Assembly (NCBI GenBank): GCA_041674205.1
Contig: JBAYWF010000001.1
Coordinates: 149,003-213,002, forward strand
DNA from: Parcubacteria group bacterium
Lineage (GTDB): Bacteria; Patescibacteriota; Minisyncoccia; Moranbacterales; UBA2206
Direction: 5' to 3'
DNA: 64,000 bases
The notes below the pieces were generated by a model. It made no database searches, was not told the DNA's origin, and worked only from the letters and a program-made list of their open reading frames with translations. This document shows positions 1 to 8,260 of this stretch, in pieces. Position 1 is the stretch's first letter. Every line of letters begins with the position of its first letter. The position numbers and the translations under genes were made by a program.

Positions 1-689
1 CGCTAATCGCGGATACGCTGGCCCATGTTTCCCTGGCGGGCATCGCGATCGGATTGTGGCTGGGAATAAATCCCGTAGTGACGGCCATTATTTCCGCCGT
101 CGCCGCTTCTTTAGGCATTGAAAAACTGCGGACTTCCAAGCGGCTTTTCGGCGAGTCGGCGCTGGCGCTTTTTCTTTCCGGAAGCCTGGCTCTCGCAGTC
201 GTCATTTTGGGCTTGGCCAACGGTTTCAACGCCAGTCTGCTCAACTATCTATTCGGAAGCATCGTGACCGTGTCGGCGGCTGACGTGCGTATGATTTTTA
301 TTTTGGCATTCGTGGTGGTTTCGGTCTTGGGCATTTTTTATAAACAATTGGTCTATGTCACTTTCGATGAGGAAGCGGCTAGGATCAGCGGCGTTCCGAC
401 GCGCTTGGTGAATTCCATCCTGATCATCCTATCCGCCTTGACCGTGGCGCTGGCCATCCCGATTGTCGGAGTGCTTCTAATCTCGGCCCTCATCGTCATT
501 CCGGTGGTGACGGCGCTCCAGTTCAGGAAAAATTTCACCTGGACGATCATCTATGCCGAAGCCGTTTCACTTTTTTCCGTCATCGCGGGAATCTGGACCT
601 CTTTTTATTTCGATCTCGCGACCGGCGGTTCCATCGTCTTGGTTATGCTGGCGGTTTTCGCCGGCACGCTCGCTGTCCGGCGGCGCTGA
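1..689 (+). CDS. ABC-3 family metal (Zn/Mn) transporter permease, 5' partial (ZnuB/MntB/TroC-like)
   Basis: ORF runs off the 5' edge. It is polytopic and hydrophobic and carries the conserved ABC-3 permease motif FDEEAARISGV. TGA stop at 687-689. Confidence 0.75.
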   Translation, partial: LIADTLAHVSLAGIAIGLWLGINPVVTAIISAVAASLGIEKLRTSKRLFGESALALFLSGSLALAVVILGLANGFNASLLNYLFGSIVTVSAADVRMIFILAFVVVSVLGIFYKQLVYVTFDEEAARISGVPTRLVNSILIILSALTVALAIPIVGVLLISALIVIPVVTALQFRKNFTWTIIYAEAVSLFSVIAGIWTSFYFDLATGGSIVLVMLAVFAGTLAVRRR

Positions 690-898
690 AAAAGCCGTCG
701 ATTTCCACCGTCCCTGATTTTTTCCGAGGCTGTTTTTCCAATAGCAAGAACCGCTTGAAAAGCGGATTTTGCTTCGTATGCTAATATAAGATATATGGCA
801 TCGGCCATAAGAGTTATTTTTAGCGGCGGTCTTTTCTTTAACAACTTGAAAAAAAATGATATATCTATGCGTAATCCAGAAGGAGAGGAATTTTAGCT

Positions 899-1270
899 AT
901 GAAAGATGATGATGGGTTTTTAGTGTCGGATGGACAGCTTGAGAAGCTGATGAAAGATGATCGGTTCGTGCATTACGTGGGTATGTTTTTCCCGCCAAGG
1001 CCGGATATCGCAAAGTGTATCTTGTTGTCCCAGATGAAGTGCGTCCGTGACGCCCGGTCCCAAGAAGAAATTTTTACGGTACGGACCTCCGAATGGAACG
1101 GCGTGATATGGTCCATAGTCAGCGTGCTTGCTAGGTATAAGGATGTTATGGAGGAGGTCGCGGACAATTGCGGTGTCAAAGTTATCAAAGGAATTCCGGT
1201 TATGATCGACGCTGGCGATATCCGCTGGATGTTTCCAATTGATAACGGCCGGATTTTCACATTAGTTTGA
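899..1270 (+). CDS. hypothetical protein
   Basis: 123-aa ORF with a GGAGAGG RBS-like string 8-14 nt upstream of the ATG. I recognise no family. Confidence 0.4.
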   Translation: MKDDDGFLVSDGQLEKLMKDDRFVHYVGMFFPPRPDIAKCILLSQMKCVRDARSQEEIFTVRTSEWNGVIWSIVSVLARYKDVMEEVADNCGVKVIKGIPVMIDAGDIRWMFPIDNGRIFTLV

Positions 1271-1348
1271 TGGGCTGGCGGCAGTCCCTGCCGGTTTCCG
1301 GTATGGATCCCGGCGCACGGATCGCCGGCAAGAACCGACCTATTCCGA

Positions 1349-1397
1349 TCCGCCGGGCAGCAAACCTGTTCCGGCGGATTTTTATTTTTTTTTCAAG
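1349..1397 (+). terminator. rho-independent terminator
   Basis: 7-bp GC stem ccgccgg...ccggcgg followed by a long T-tract (atttttattttttttt). Confidence 0.5.
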
Positions 1398-1478
1398 CAT
1401 TTTCCAGCCTTGATTTTTTTTGGTCCGGCTGATATGCTTGCCATAGTCTGAAGTTTAAAAAATATCCAAGGAGGCTAT

Positions 1479-1610
1479 GATCCGCGTATTGGGATGATTT
1501 TTTTTTGAAAGGGTCGCTTGGTCGCTTATGTTTGCGCGGGGAGTCGAATGGCGAAACCGGTTTAGGTTGGAAAGTTGCGAAACTTTCCGGTTCTGGCCGG
1601 TTTTTTATTT
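1479..1610 (+). promoter_or_regulatory. conserved structured leader element, copy A (box1 gatccgcg.at.gg.atgatttttt; 46-nt box2 ggtcgcttatgt.tgcgcggggag..gaatggcgaaaccggtttag; hairpin; T-tract)
   Basis: Near-identical copy at 7993-8128. Box2 is 43/46 identical. The following hairpin differs in sequence but keeps its pairing (ggaaagtt/aactttcc versus gaaaagttt/aaacttttc), i.e. compensatory change. Both copies end in ccggtttttt and both sit directly upstream of + strand operons. Confidence 0.45.
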
Positions 1611-1643
1611 GCGGCAGCTGGATTTTCCAATAAATAAAACCCG

Positions 1644-3230
1644 ATGTATATACGATATCGAAAGGCGCAGACGGCCGGCAACGGTCCGCAAAATTCCTCT
1701 CCGGAGAGGATCGGTTTTGAAGAGGGCAAAAAGAAAAAACCCTTGAAAAAACCGATAAATTTCCGCGACTGCGCCTACTCCGGCGCCATCGGCAACGGTA
1801 TCCGTTACAAAGGGAATTATTTCGTGACTCACAGCGATCTGCCTCACCGGCATAGCGCCATCCAAACTTGCCAGCCTTACCAAAAAATCGTCCTATTGCT
1901 GATAGCTGGCCTGGTTTTGGCGGGAGCCCTGATGGATATCAAAAGCGCGCTGATCGTTGTGGTCGCCGTCTTGTCCGCTTTTTATTTTTTGGATCTGCTT
2001 TTTAATTTTTTTCTGATCATCAAAAGTTTCCAAAAATCGCGCGAGATAAAAATAACCGCCGCCGAGATAGGGGAGTTGGACGGCGAAAAACTTCCGGTGT
2101 ATACGATTTTTTGTCCGCTCTATAAAGAGTGGCAAGTCATCCCCCAATTCACCCGGGCCATTTCCAAAATCGATTGGCCGAAAGACAAATTGGATGTGCA
2201 GCTTCTTCTGGAAGAGGACGATCCCCAGACGATCGCGGAAGCGGAGAAGATGGATTTACCTGGTTATTTCCGGATTATCGTCGTACCGCATGGCCATCCG
2301 AAGACCAAGCCCAAAGCTTGCAATTACGGGCTGTGCCATGCCAAGGGGGAATATGCCGTTATTTTTGACGCGGAAGATATCCCTGATCCGGACCAATTGA
2401 AAAAAGCCTATCTGGCCTTCCGGAAACTCAAGGATGAAAAGGTCCTTTGCGTCCAAGCCAAACTTAATTTCTACAATGCCCGCCAAAATATCCTGACACG
2501 TTTTTTTTCGGCGGAATATGCCTTGTGGTTCAATCTGGTGCTGGTCGGGCTCCAATCGATCAAGTCGCCGATTCCGCTGGGCGGAACTTCCAACCATTTC
2601 CGCACGCGGGATCTGCAGCTGCTGAGCGGCTGGGATCCGTTCAACGTGACGGAGGATTGCGATTTGGGGATCCGGATCGCCAAATTGGGTTATCGCACCG
2701 AGATTTTCAATTCCAATACGATGGAAGAAGCGACCAGCAAAGTCGGCAATTGGATGCGCCAGCGTTCGCGCTGGATTAAAGGCTATATGCAGACGTATCT
2801 CGTGCATATGCGCCGGCCGTGTGAATTCGCGTCGGATCTCAGGAATCCGCAGGTTCTCACTTTCCAACTGGTAGTGGGCGGAAAAGTCCTTTCGATTTTC
2901 ATCAATCCGTTGATGTGGCTGCTGGTCATTTCCTATTTCTCTTTCCGCGCGACGATGGGCCCGCTCATCGAACCTTTGTATCCGAAGCCGGTTTTCTATA
3001 TTTCCATCTTCTCTTTGGTATTCGGGAATTTCCTGCAAGTCTATTATTATATGATCGGTTGCGCGAAGCGGGAACAGTGGGATATGATAAAATATGTTTT
3101 TCTGGTGCCGGTGTATTGGCTGATGATGAGCATCGCTTCCTGGAAGGCGCTGTGGCAATTGGTTTTCAAGCCCCACTATTGGGAAAAGACGGTGCACGGT
3201 TTCCATTTGGCAGTCAAAAAAAATGCGTAG
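1644..3230 (+). CDS. processive family-2 glycosyltransferase, cellulose/chitin/hyaluronan-synthase-like
   Basis: N-terminal TM segments, GT-A core (DAED, DCD-like motifs), the QRSRWIKG (QxxRW) motif of processive GT2 enzymes, and C-terminal TM helices. The exact start is uncertain and may lie downstream of 1644. Confidence 0.75.
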   Translation: MYIRYRKAQTAGNGPQNSSPERIGFEEGKKKKPLKKPINFRDCAYSGAIGNGIRYKGNYFVTHSDLPHRHSAIQTCQPYQKIVLLLIAGLVLAGALMDIKSALIVVVAVLSAFYFLDLLFNFFLIIKSFQKSREIKITAAEIGELDGEKLPVYTIFCPLYKEWQVIPQFTRAISKIDWPKDKLDVQLLLEEDDPQTIAEAEKMDLPGYFRIIVVPHGHPKTKPKACNYGLCHAKGEYAVIFDAEDIPDPDQLKKAYLAFRKLKDEKVLCVQAKLNFYNARQNILTRFFSAEYALWFNLVLVGLQSIKSPIPLGGTSNHFRTRDLQLLSGWDPFNVTEDCDLGIRIAKLGYRTEIFNSNTMEEATSKVGNWMRQRSRWIKGYMQTYLVHMRRPCEFASDLRNPQVLTFQLVVGGKVLSIFINPLMWLLVISYFSFRATMGPLIEPLYPKPVFYISIFSLVFGNFLQVYYYMIGCAKREQWDMIKYVFLVPVYWLMMSIASWKALWQLVFKPHYWEKTVHGFHLAVKKNA

Positions 3231-4509
3231 CGAAACGAACACAATCAAAGCTTTGTTCGCGGATGAATTTGCCAGAAGCAGCTCCATCTTCTTTTTCAGT
3301 TCCGCCGCCGCTGCTTTTTTGAATTATCTGTACCATCCTATCCTGGGCCGGCTGATGGATGTGGCGGATTTCGGCGAGGCGCAGGCGGCCATCTCGCTGT
3401 TTTTGCAATTCGGCGTCCTAGCGTCCGTCTTTTCTTTTTTCACTATCAGCCTGGCTTCCAATGCCGAGTCCGGCAAGTCAGGGGAAATGTCTTCCGTTAT
3501 CGCGGAGTTTCGGAAGCTTGCCGTGCTGGCGATTGCGGCGCTGGCCGTCGGTCTGGTTTTTTTCCATCAGGCAGTGAAGGAGTTTTTGAATTTTTCTTCT
3601 ATCTATCCGCTGCTGATCCTGATGTTGTTGTTATTGGCCAATGTGCTGTTCTCTTTCCGCCGGGCCTATCTGCAAGGAATGCGCAAAATCAAAAGCGTGT
3701 CCGCGGCGGATGTGATTTTTTCCGCTTCCCGCTTGTTTCTCGCAATCGCTTTCGTCTATGCCGGCTGGCGGTCGTCCGGAGCGGTCGCCGGTTTGCTGGC
3801 CGGACAGCTCATCGCTTTGGCCTATGTTTTTTCCAAAACCAAAGACGTCCTGGTTCCGGAAAATTGGAGCATCCTGCCGCGTTGGCGGCATCCCGCGTTC
3901 AGGCGGGAATTCAAATTCGGTTTGTTGGTGGCGGTAGCGGTTTTTTGCGTGACATTCTTTTACGCAAGCGATATCATTTTCGTGCGGCACTACTTTCCGG
4001 CGGAAGAAGCCGGTTTGTACGGCGGCATAGCGACGGTAGCCAGGATAATTTTTTTCGCTACCAGCCCGATAGTTATGGTGATGTTGCCGATGGTCAGGCT
4101 GAAAAATGTGCCGGAAAAAAACGCGGCGCTTTTCCGGAAAGCGTTCGCGGTAGTGGCCGTGCTCGGACTGGCCATAACGCTGGTCCTGCAGATTTTTCCA
4201 GAGTTCGTCATCAAGCTTTTGATTGGCGGGCGTTATGCCGTTTTCGCGCCGATTCTGCCGCGGCTGGGCTGGATGGTTTTTGCCGCCTCGCTGGCCAATC
4301 TGTTTTCCGCCTATTTCATCGCGCTTAGAAAATACACGCTGATCCCGATATCCCTCGCGTCCGTTTCGCTTACCGCGGTCCTGGCATTTTTTTTCCATAG
4401 CGATCCGATCCAGATAATAAACGATTTCATCTGCGGGCTGGCTCTTGTAATTTTTTTATCCTCCATAATATATGCGCAAAAAGATTTCTATCGTCATACC
4501 GGTCTATAA
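3223..4509 (+). CDS. polysaccharide biosynthesis membrane protein, Wzx/MOP-flippase-like
   Basis: 428-aa protein with about 12-14 predicted TM helices and Wzx-like architecture. Its start overlaps the upstream stop, which suggests operon coupling. Confidence 0.55.
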   Translation: MRSETNTIKALFADEFARSSSIFFFSSAAAAFLNYLYHPILGRLMDVADFGEAQAAISLFLQFGVLASVFSFFTISLASNAESGKSGEMSSVIAEFRKLAVLAIAALAVGLVFFHQAVKEFLNFSSIYPLLILMLLLLANVLFSFRRAYLQGMRKIKSVSAADVIFSASRLFLAIAFVYAGWRSSGAVAGLLAGQLIALAYVFSKTKDVLVPENWSILPRWRHPAFRREFKFGLLVAVAVFCVTFFYASDIIFVRHYFPAEEAGLYGGIATVARIIFFATSPIVMVMLPMVRLKNVPEKNAALFRKAFAVVAVLGLAITLVLQIFPEFVIKLLIGGRYAVFAPILPRLGWMVFAASLANLFSAYFIALRKYTLIPISLASVSLTAVLAFFFHSDPIQIINDFICGLALVIFLSSIIYAQKDFYRHTGL

Positions 4510-5410
4510 TGAAAAAGAAAACATCCGCCCGGTCTATGCCGGAGTGGAGGAGGTTATCCGGTCCGTCCCTGGCTACGAATTCGAAGTCATTTTCGTCAAT
4601 GACGGCAGTTCAGACGGGACTTGGAAGGAAATAATCAATCTGGCGGGGAGCGGAAAAGGGATCAAAGCTTTGAATTTCAGCCGCAATTTCGGGCATCAAG
4701 CCGCGATCGAAGCCGGGATGGCCAATGCCGGGGGAGCGGCGGTGATAACTATGGACGGGGATATGCAACATCCGCCGGAAATGATTCCCGAGCTGATCAG
4801 AAAATGGGAGCAAGGCTTTGAGATCGTGAATACCAAGCGGGAGGAAACCGAAGGTATCTCTTTTTTCAAAAAGATCGCTTCCGGCATTTTCTATCGCCTG
4901 CTAAACTGCATTTCCGAAGTGCATATCGAAAGCGGTTCGGCCGATTTCAGATTGATCGGCCGGCGGGCGATGGATGAATTGAACAAGCTGACGGAAAAAA
5001 ACAAATTCTACCGGGGTTTGATCAGCTGGATCGGATTTGAAAGCGCTATCGTGAAATATAAAGCGGGCAAGAGGCGGGGCGGAAAATCATCCTATACTTT
5101 CAACAAAATGCTGTCGCTGGCCAGGGTCGGCATAACCTCTTTCAGCATGCTTCCGATGAAAGTGATTTTTTTGTTCGGCGCGCTCCTTTTTTTCGGCGGA
5201 TTTTTGCTGACGGCCGGGATGGTTTTTTGGCGGTATTGCATCGGGTCGGCGCTGTTCAGCGGGACTGGGATATTGGCGGCTTTCATCATAATGAACAACG
5301 GTCTGTTTATGGTGATGCTCGGAATCGTTTCGATGTACCAGATCAATATGTGCAAGGAATTGCAGAACCGGCCGAACTACATCATCACTGAAAAAATAAA
5401 TCTCAACTAA
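4472..5410 (+). CDS. polyprenyl-phosphate glycosyltransferase (GtrB/ArnC/DPM1-like GT2)
   Basis: N-terminal GT2 core (IVIPVYNE, VIFVNDGSSDGT, DGDMQHPP) plus two C-terminal TM helices, as in GtrB/ArnC. Confidence 0.8.
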   Translation: MRKKISIVIPVYNEKENIRPVYAGVEEVIRSVPGYEFEVIFVNDGSSDGTWKEIINLAGSGKGIKALNFSRNFGHQAAIEAGMANAGGAAVITMDGDMQHPPEMIPELIRKWEQGFEIVNTKREETEGISFFKKIASGIFYRLLNCISEVHIESGSADFRLIGRRAMDELNKLTEKNKFYRGLISWIGFESAIVKYKAGKRRGGKSSYTFNKMLSLARVGITSFSMLPMKVIFLFGALLFFGGFLLTAGMVFWRYCIGSALFSGTGILAAFIIMNNGLFMVMLGIVSMYQINMCKELQNRPNYIITEKINLN

Positions 5411-5434
5411 CCATTAACCATCAAGATTAATATT

Positions 5435-6253
5435 ATGGATGAAAAAAAACCGGAAGTTTCCGTCCTGATGTCCGCGTACAATGAGGAAAAATATGTCAGC
5501 GCCGCCATCGAAAGCATCTTGGACCAGACCTATCGCGATTTCGAATTGATCGTCATCGATGATTGTAGCCGGGACGCGACTTGGAAGCTGATTGCCGGAT
5601 ATGCCGGGCGCGATCCGCGGGTGCGGGCGTCCAGGAATGAAAAAAATTTGGGGATTTCCAGCACGCTCAACAAGGGACTCGCGCTAGCCCGCGGGAAATA
5701 TATCGTCAAGATGGACGCGGACGATTGGTCCTACCCGGACCGTTTGGAAAAGCAAGTCAGGTTTATGGAAAAAAATCCCCAGGTCGCCATCAGCGGCGGT
5801 ACGATGGAAGTGTGTGATGAGGGGATGGTTGTCCTGAATAAGCGGCCGTACAACTTGACTGACCGGGAGATACGCCGGAAAATTTTCCTGTATAATCCGT
5901 TCTGCCATCCGGCGGTGATCTACCGGACGGACATCGCCAAAAGGGTCGGCGGCTATTGTTTGATCGATTCGGCCGGCGATTATGAATTGTATTTCAAGCT
6001 CGGATTGCACGGGGAGTTCGCTAATTTGCCGGATGTCCTGTTGAAATACCGGGTCAACCGCGGTTCCATTTCCGTCTATAAGGCGAGAAGCCAGGAGCGC
6101 GACACGCTGTATGTGCGGCTCAAGGCGGTTTTCGAATACGGCTACAGGATGCGTCCGGTCGATAAACTATATTTCGCCTGCCAGTTTTTGAGTATGTATC
6201 TCATCCCGCAACGGACCAAGGCCTGGATATTTAACCGGTTAAGAAGCAATTGA
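5435..6253 (+). CDS. family-2 glycosyltransferase
   Basis: VLMSAYNEEKYV, LIVIDDCSRD and KMDADD motifs identify a GT-A fold GT2. Confidence 0.8.
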   Translation: MDEKKPEVSVLMSAYNEEKYVSAAIESILDQTYRDFELIVIDDCSRDATWKLIAGYAGRDPRVRASRNEKNLGISSTLNKGLALARGKYIVKMDADDWSYPDRLEKQVRFMEKNPQVAISGGTMEVCDEGMVVLNKRPYNLTDREIRRKIFLYNPFCHPAVIYRTDIAKRVGGYCLIDSAGDYELYFKLGLHGEFANLPDVLLKYRVNRGSISVYKARSQERDTLYVRLKAVFEYGYRMRPVDKLYFACQFLSMYLIPQRTKAWIFNRLRSN

Positions 6254-7935
6254 TCACTATGGTCGGATTTTTTCAAAAAATCAGCGCGTCCTTCCGCAAA
6301 AACATATTGCCGGTCACTTTGGCCTTGGCGGTTTTTTTCAGTCTGGCCAGCTTCCTTTTTTTCTATTTGGACGGACAGCGGAACACCACCTATTTCGACG
6401 CGCAATCCCATCTCAATATGGCCCGCAAAATCGTGGACAATTTGAATCCCGGTTTGGGCCAGCTCGGCGGCTTGTGGCTGCCGCTTCTGCATCTTTTGAT
6501 GGTGCCGTTCATCTGGAATGATTTTATGTGGCATTCCGGTTGGGCGGGAGCTTGCGTTTCGATGCCGGCTTTCGTCCTGTCGGTCTATTTCGTTTTCAAG
6601 ACCGTCGAACTGCTTTTCCGCGATCGGACGGCGGCCTTTCTCGGCGCTTTGGTATATATGTCCAGTTTCAATATGCTTTTGCTCCAGAGTATGGCGATGA
6701 TGGAACCGCTATTCAATCTGACGATCATCGGCAGCATCTATTATCTTTCCCGCTGGGCCAGGACGGACAACTTGGTGGATCTGTCCGGCGGGGCTTTCTT
6801 TGTTTTTTTGAGCACGCTGACCCGCTATGAAGGCTACGCGGTTTTGGCGGCATCGGCCGCCGCCGTGCCCATCGTCACTTTCATAAAAAATTTCAACGCG
6901 TCTCATCGGTATCGGATCGTGGAAGGCAAATTCCTGATTTTTATGACGCTGGCGTCTTTCGGCGTCTTGCTGTGGCTGGCCTACTCGCTGGTGATTTTCG
7001 GCGATCCTTTGCATTGGACCCATCCTAATGCCGCGGATGTGGCAACGGTCGCTGAAACTGTCCGGAGCGGAAGCCCGTCCGAAATTATGCGCGGGGATCC
7101 TACGGATTATTACCGGCACGATTTGTCCAAGGCACTTCTGACATTTTGGTGGACCGCGGCCATCGGCAACGGTCTGGTGGTTTTTTTCGCGGGCATAGCG
7201 GGCTTCCTGTCGCTCTTGTGGTTTTGCGGGAGGAATATCCGCTATGCCTATCTGTTCATTCCGGCCGTGTTGGTTTCTGTCGCGTTTCCGCTGTTCATCC
7301 TGGTGCTGATGTATCTGGGCCAGGTTTCGCTCCTGCCGCCGTTCCTCGGTTTCGCCGGCATCTTCGACAAGGGGAATAATCTGGCTGACGAAGCCGGCAT
7401 CCGTTACACTCTCGCGATGCTGCCGCTCCTTGCGATTTTTATAGGCTGGCTGGCCGCGGGCGGAGCGTACCGTAAAATTACCGTTTTCCTGCTCATCGTT
7501 TTCCAAGTCGGCGCATTTTTTTCCGGACCGCTGTTCCTGACCTATGACCTTTCCTTGAAATGGGAAAGCGTGTACGGACAGGAAAACCGTTCGGTGGAAT
7601 GGTTCAAGGAAAATTATTCCGGCGGACTCATCCTGGCAAGCGCGTTGTCCCACGAGGCGGAAATTTTCCAGAACGGGCTGGCGTACAAGAACTATATCCA
7701 CGAGGGAACCGGCCATTATTGGGAAGAATCCTTGAAAAACCCGGTGCGTTACGCGACCTGGATAATTATGAACAAAAGCGCCAAGACGGACACGTCCGGC
7801 ATCTGGGGACAGGACATCCTGACCAACCGTTTCCGCAATTCAAAGGTCCTGCGGAACAATTTCGACTTGGTATATGATGACGGTAAAATTATGATTTACA
7901 AAATAAAAGCCAATAAGGAATTGCTCCATTTTTGA
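6250..7935 (+). CDS. GT-C fold membrane glycosyltransferase (ArnT/PMT/GT39-83-like), putative partner of the GtrB-like enzyme
   Basis: 561-aa polytopic protein with periplasmic loops. It sits in an operon with a polyprenyl-P-sugar synthase, matching the classical ArnC-ArnT / GtrB-GtrC logic. The family call is inference. Confidence 0.5.
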   Translation: MITMVGFFQKISASFRKNILPVTLALAVFFSLASFLFFYLDGQRNTTYFDAQSHLNMARKIVDNLNPGLGQLGGLWLPLLHLLMVPFIWNDFMWHSGWAGACVSMPAFVLSVYFVFKTVELLFRDRTAAFLGALVYMSSFNMLLLQSMAMMEPLFNLTIIGSIYYLSRWARTDNLVDLSGGAFFVFLSTLTRYEGYAVLAASAAAVPIVTFIKNFNASHRYRIVEGKFLIFMTLASFGVLLWLAYSLVIFGDPLHWTHPNAADVATVAETVRSGSPSEIMRGDPTDYYRHDLSKALLTFWWTAAIGNGLVVFFAGIAGFLSLLWFCGRNIRYAYLFIPAVLVSVAFPLFILVLMYLGQVSLLPPFLGFAGIFDKGNNLADEAGIRYTLAMLPLLAIFIGWLAAGGAYRKITVFLLIVFQVGAFFSGPLFLTYDLSLKWESVYGQENRSVEWFKENYSGGLILASALSHEAEIFQNGLAYKNYIHEGTGHYWEESLKNPVRYATWIIMNKSAKTDTSGIWGQDILTNRFRNSKVLRNNFDLVYDDGKIMIYKIKANKELLHF

Positions 7936-7992
7936 TTGCGTGGTATATTTATAACATACCAGGGAATCATAGAGCCATGTTTAAAATGTGAT

Positions 7993-8128
7993 GATCCGCG
8001 CATCGGAATGATTTTTTGGTGAGTATATATTGGTCGCTTATGTGTGCGCGGGGAGCTGAATGGCGAAACCGGTTTAGACCGAAAAGTTTTTTTAAACTTT
8101 TCAGTTTGAGCCGGTTTTTTGTTTTTTG
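7993..8128 (+). promoter_or_regulatory. conserved structured leader element, copy B
   Basis: Same box1, box2, hairpin and T-tract as 1479-1610. It lies about 135 nt upstream of the TasA-like operon. Confidence 0.45.
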
Positions 8129-8260
8129 AAAACAACCTCATTTTAATATATTTAAAGGTCGAGGCGGAAACTGCCATAAGTTTCAAAATTTTTATTCCGA
8201 TTCATAAAATAGGAATAAAAAATAATTTTAATCAGCGCTTAATAAATAATAAAAAAAACT

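Noticed and set aside
1477-1497. 6-codon mini-ORF (MIRVLG*) inside leader copy A, with a counterpart MIRASE* at 7991-8011, considered as a leader peptide
   Set aside because: The three internal codon differences between copies are all non-synonymous (V/A, L/S, G/E), while the nucleotides are otherwise conserved. The SD spacing is poor (2 nt in copy A, none in copy B). Conservation is therefore at the nucleotide or RNA level, not the peptide level.
1479-1610. Assignment of the duplicated leader to the c-di-GMP-I (GEMM) riboswitch class because of GGCGAAACC and a GCGAAA loop
   Set aside because: The GNRA-like loop in copy A is replaced by a UUUUAAA loop in copy B, so a tetraloop-receptor architecture is not conserved. 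Other GEMM consensus positions are absent.
2256-3287. 343-aa minus-strand ORF overlapping the processive GT2 gene. Similar long antisense ORFs occur at 3631-4398, 6709-7716, 14998-15609, 20092-20787, 38751-40274 and 56893-58479.
   Set aside because: All lie antisense within well-supported CDSs (GT2, flippase, GT-C, beta-CA-like, Wzy-TPR, antiporter, typA). All have skewed R/H/G/Q-rich compositions. None has an RBS or motif. Treated as non-coding shadows.
7896-8186. 96-aa minus-strand ORF spanning leader element copy B
   Set aside because: It overlaps the conserved, structured, T-tract-terminated element. Its sequence is AT-rich low complexity. It has no RBS and no counterpart at copy A.
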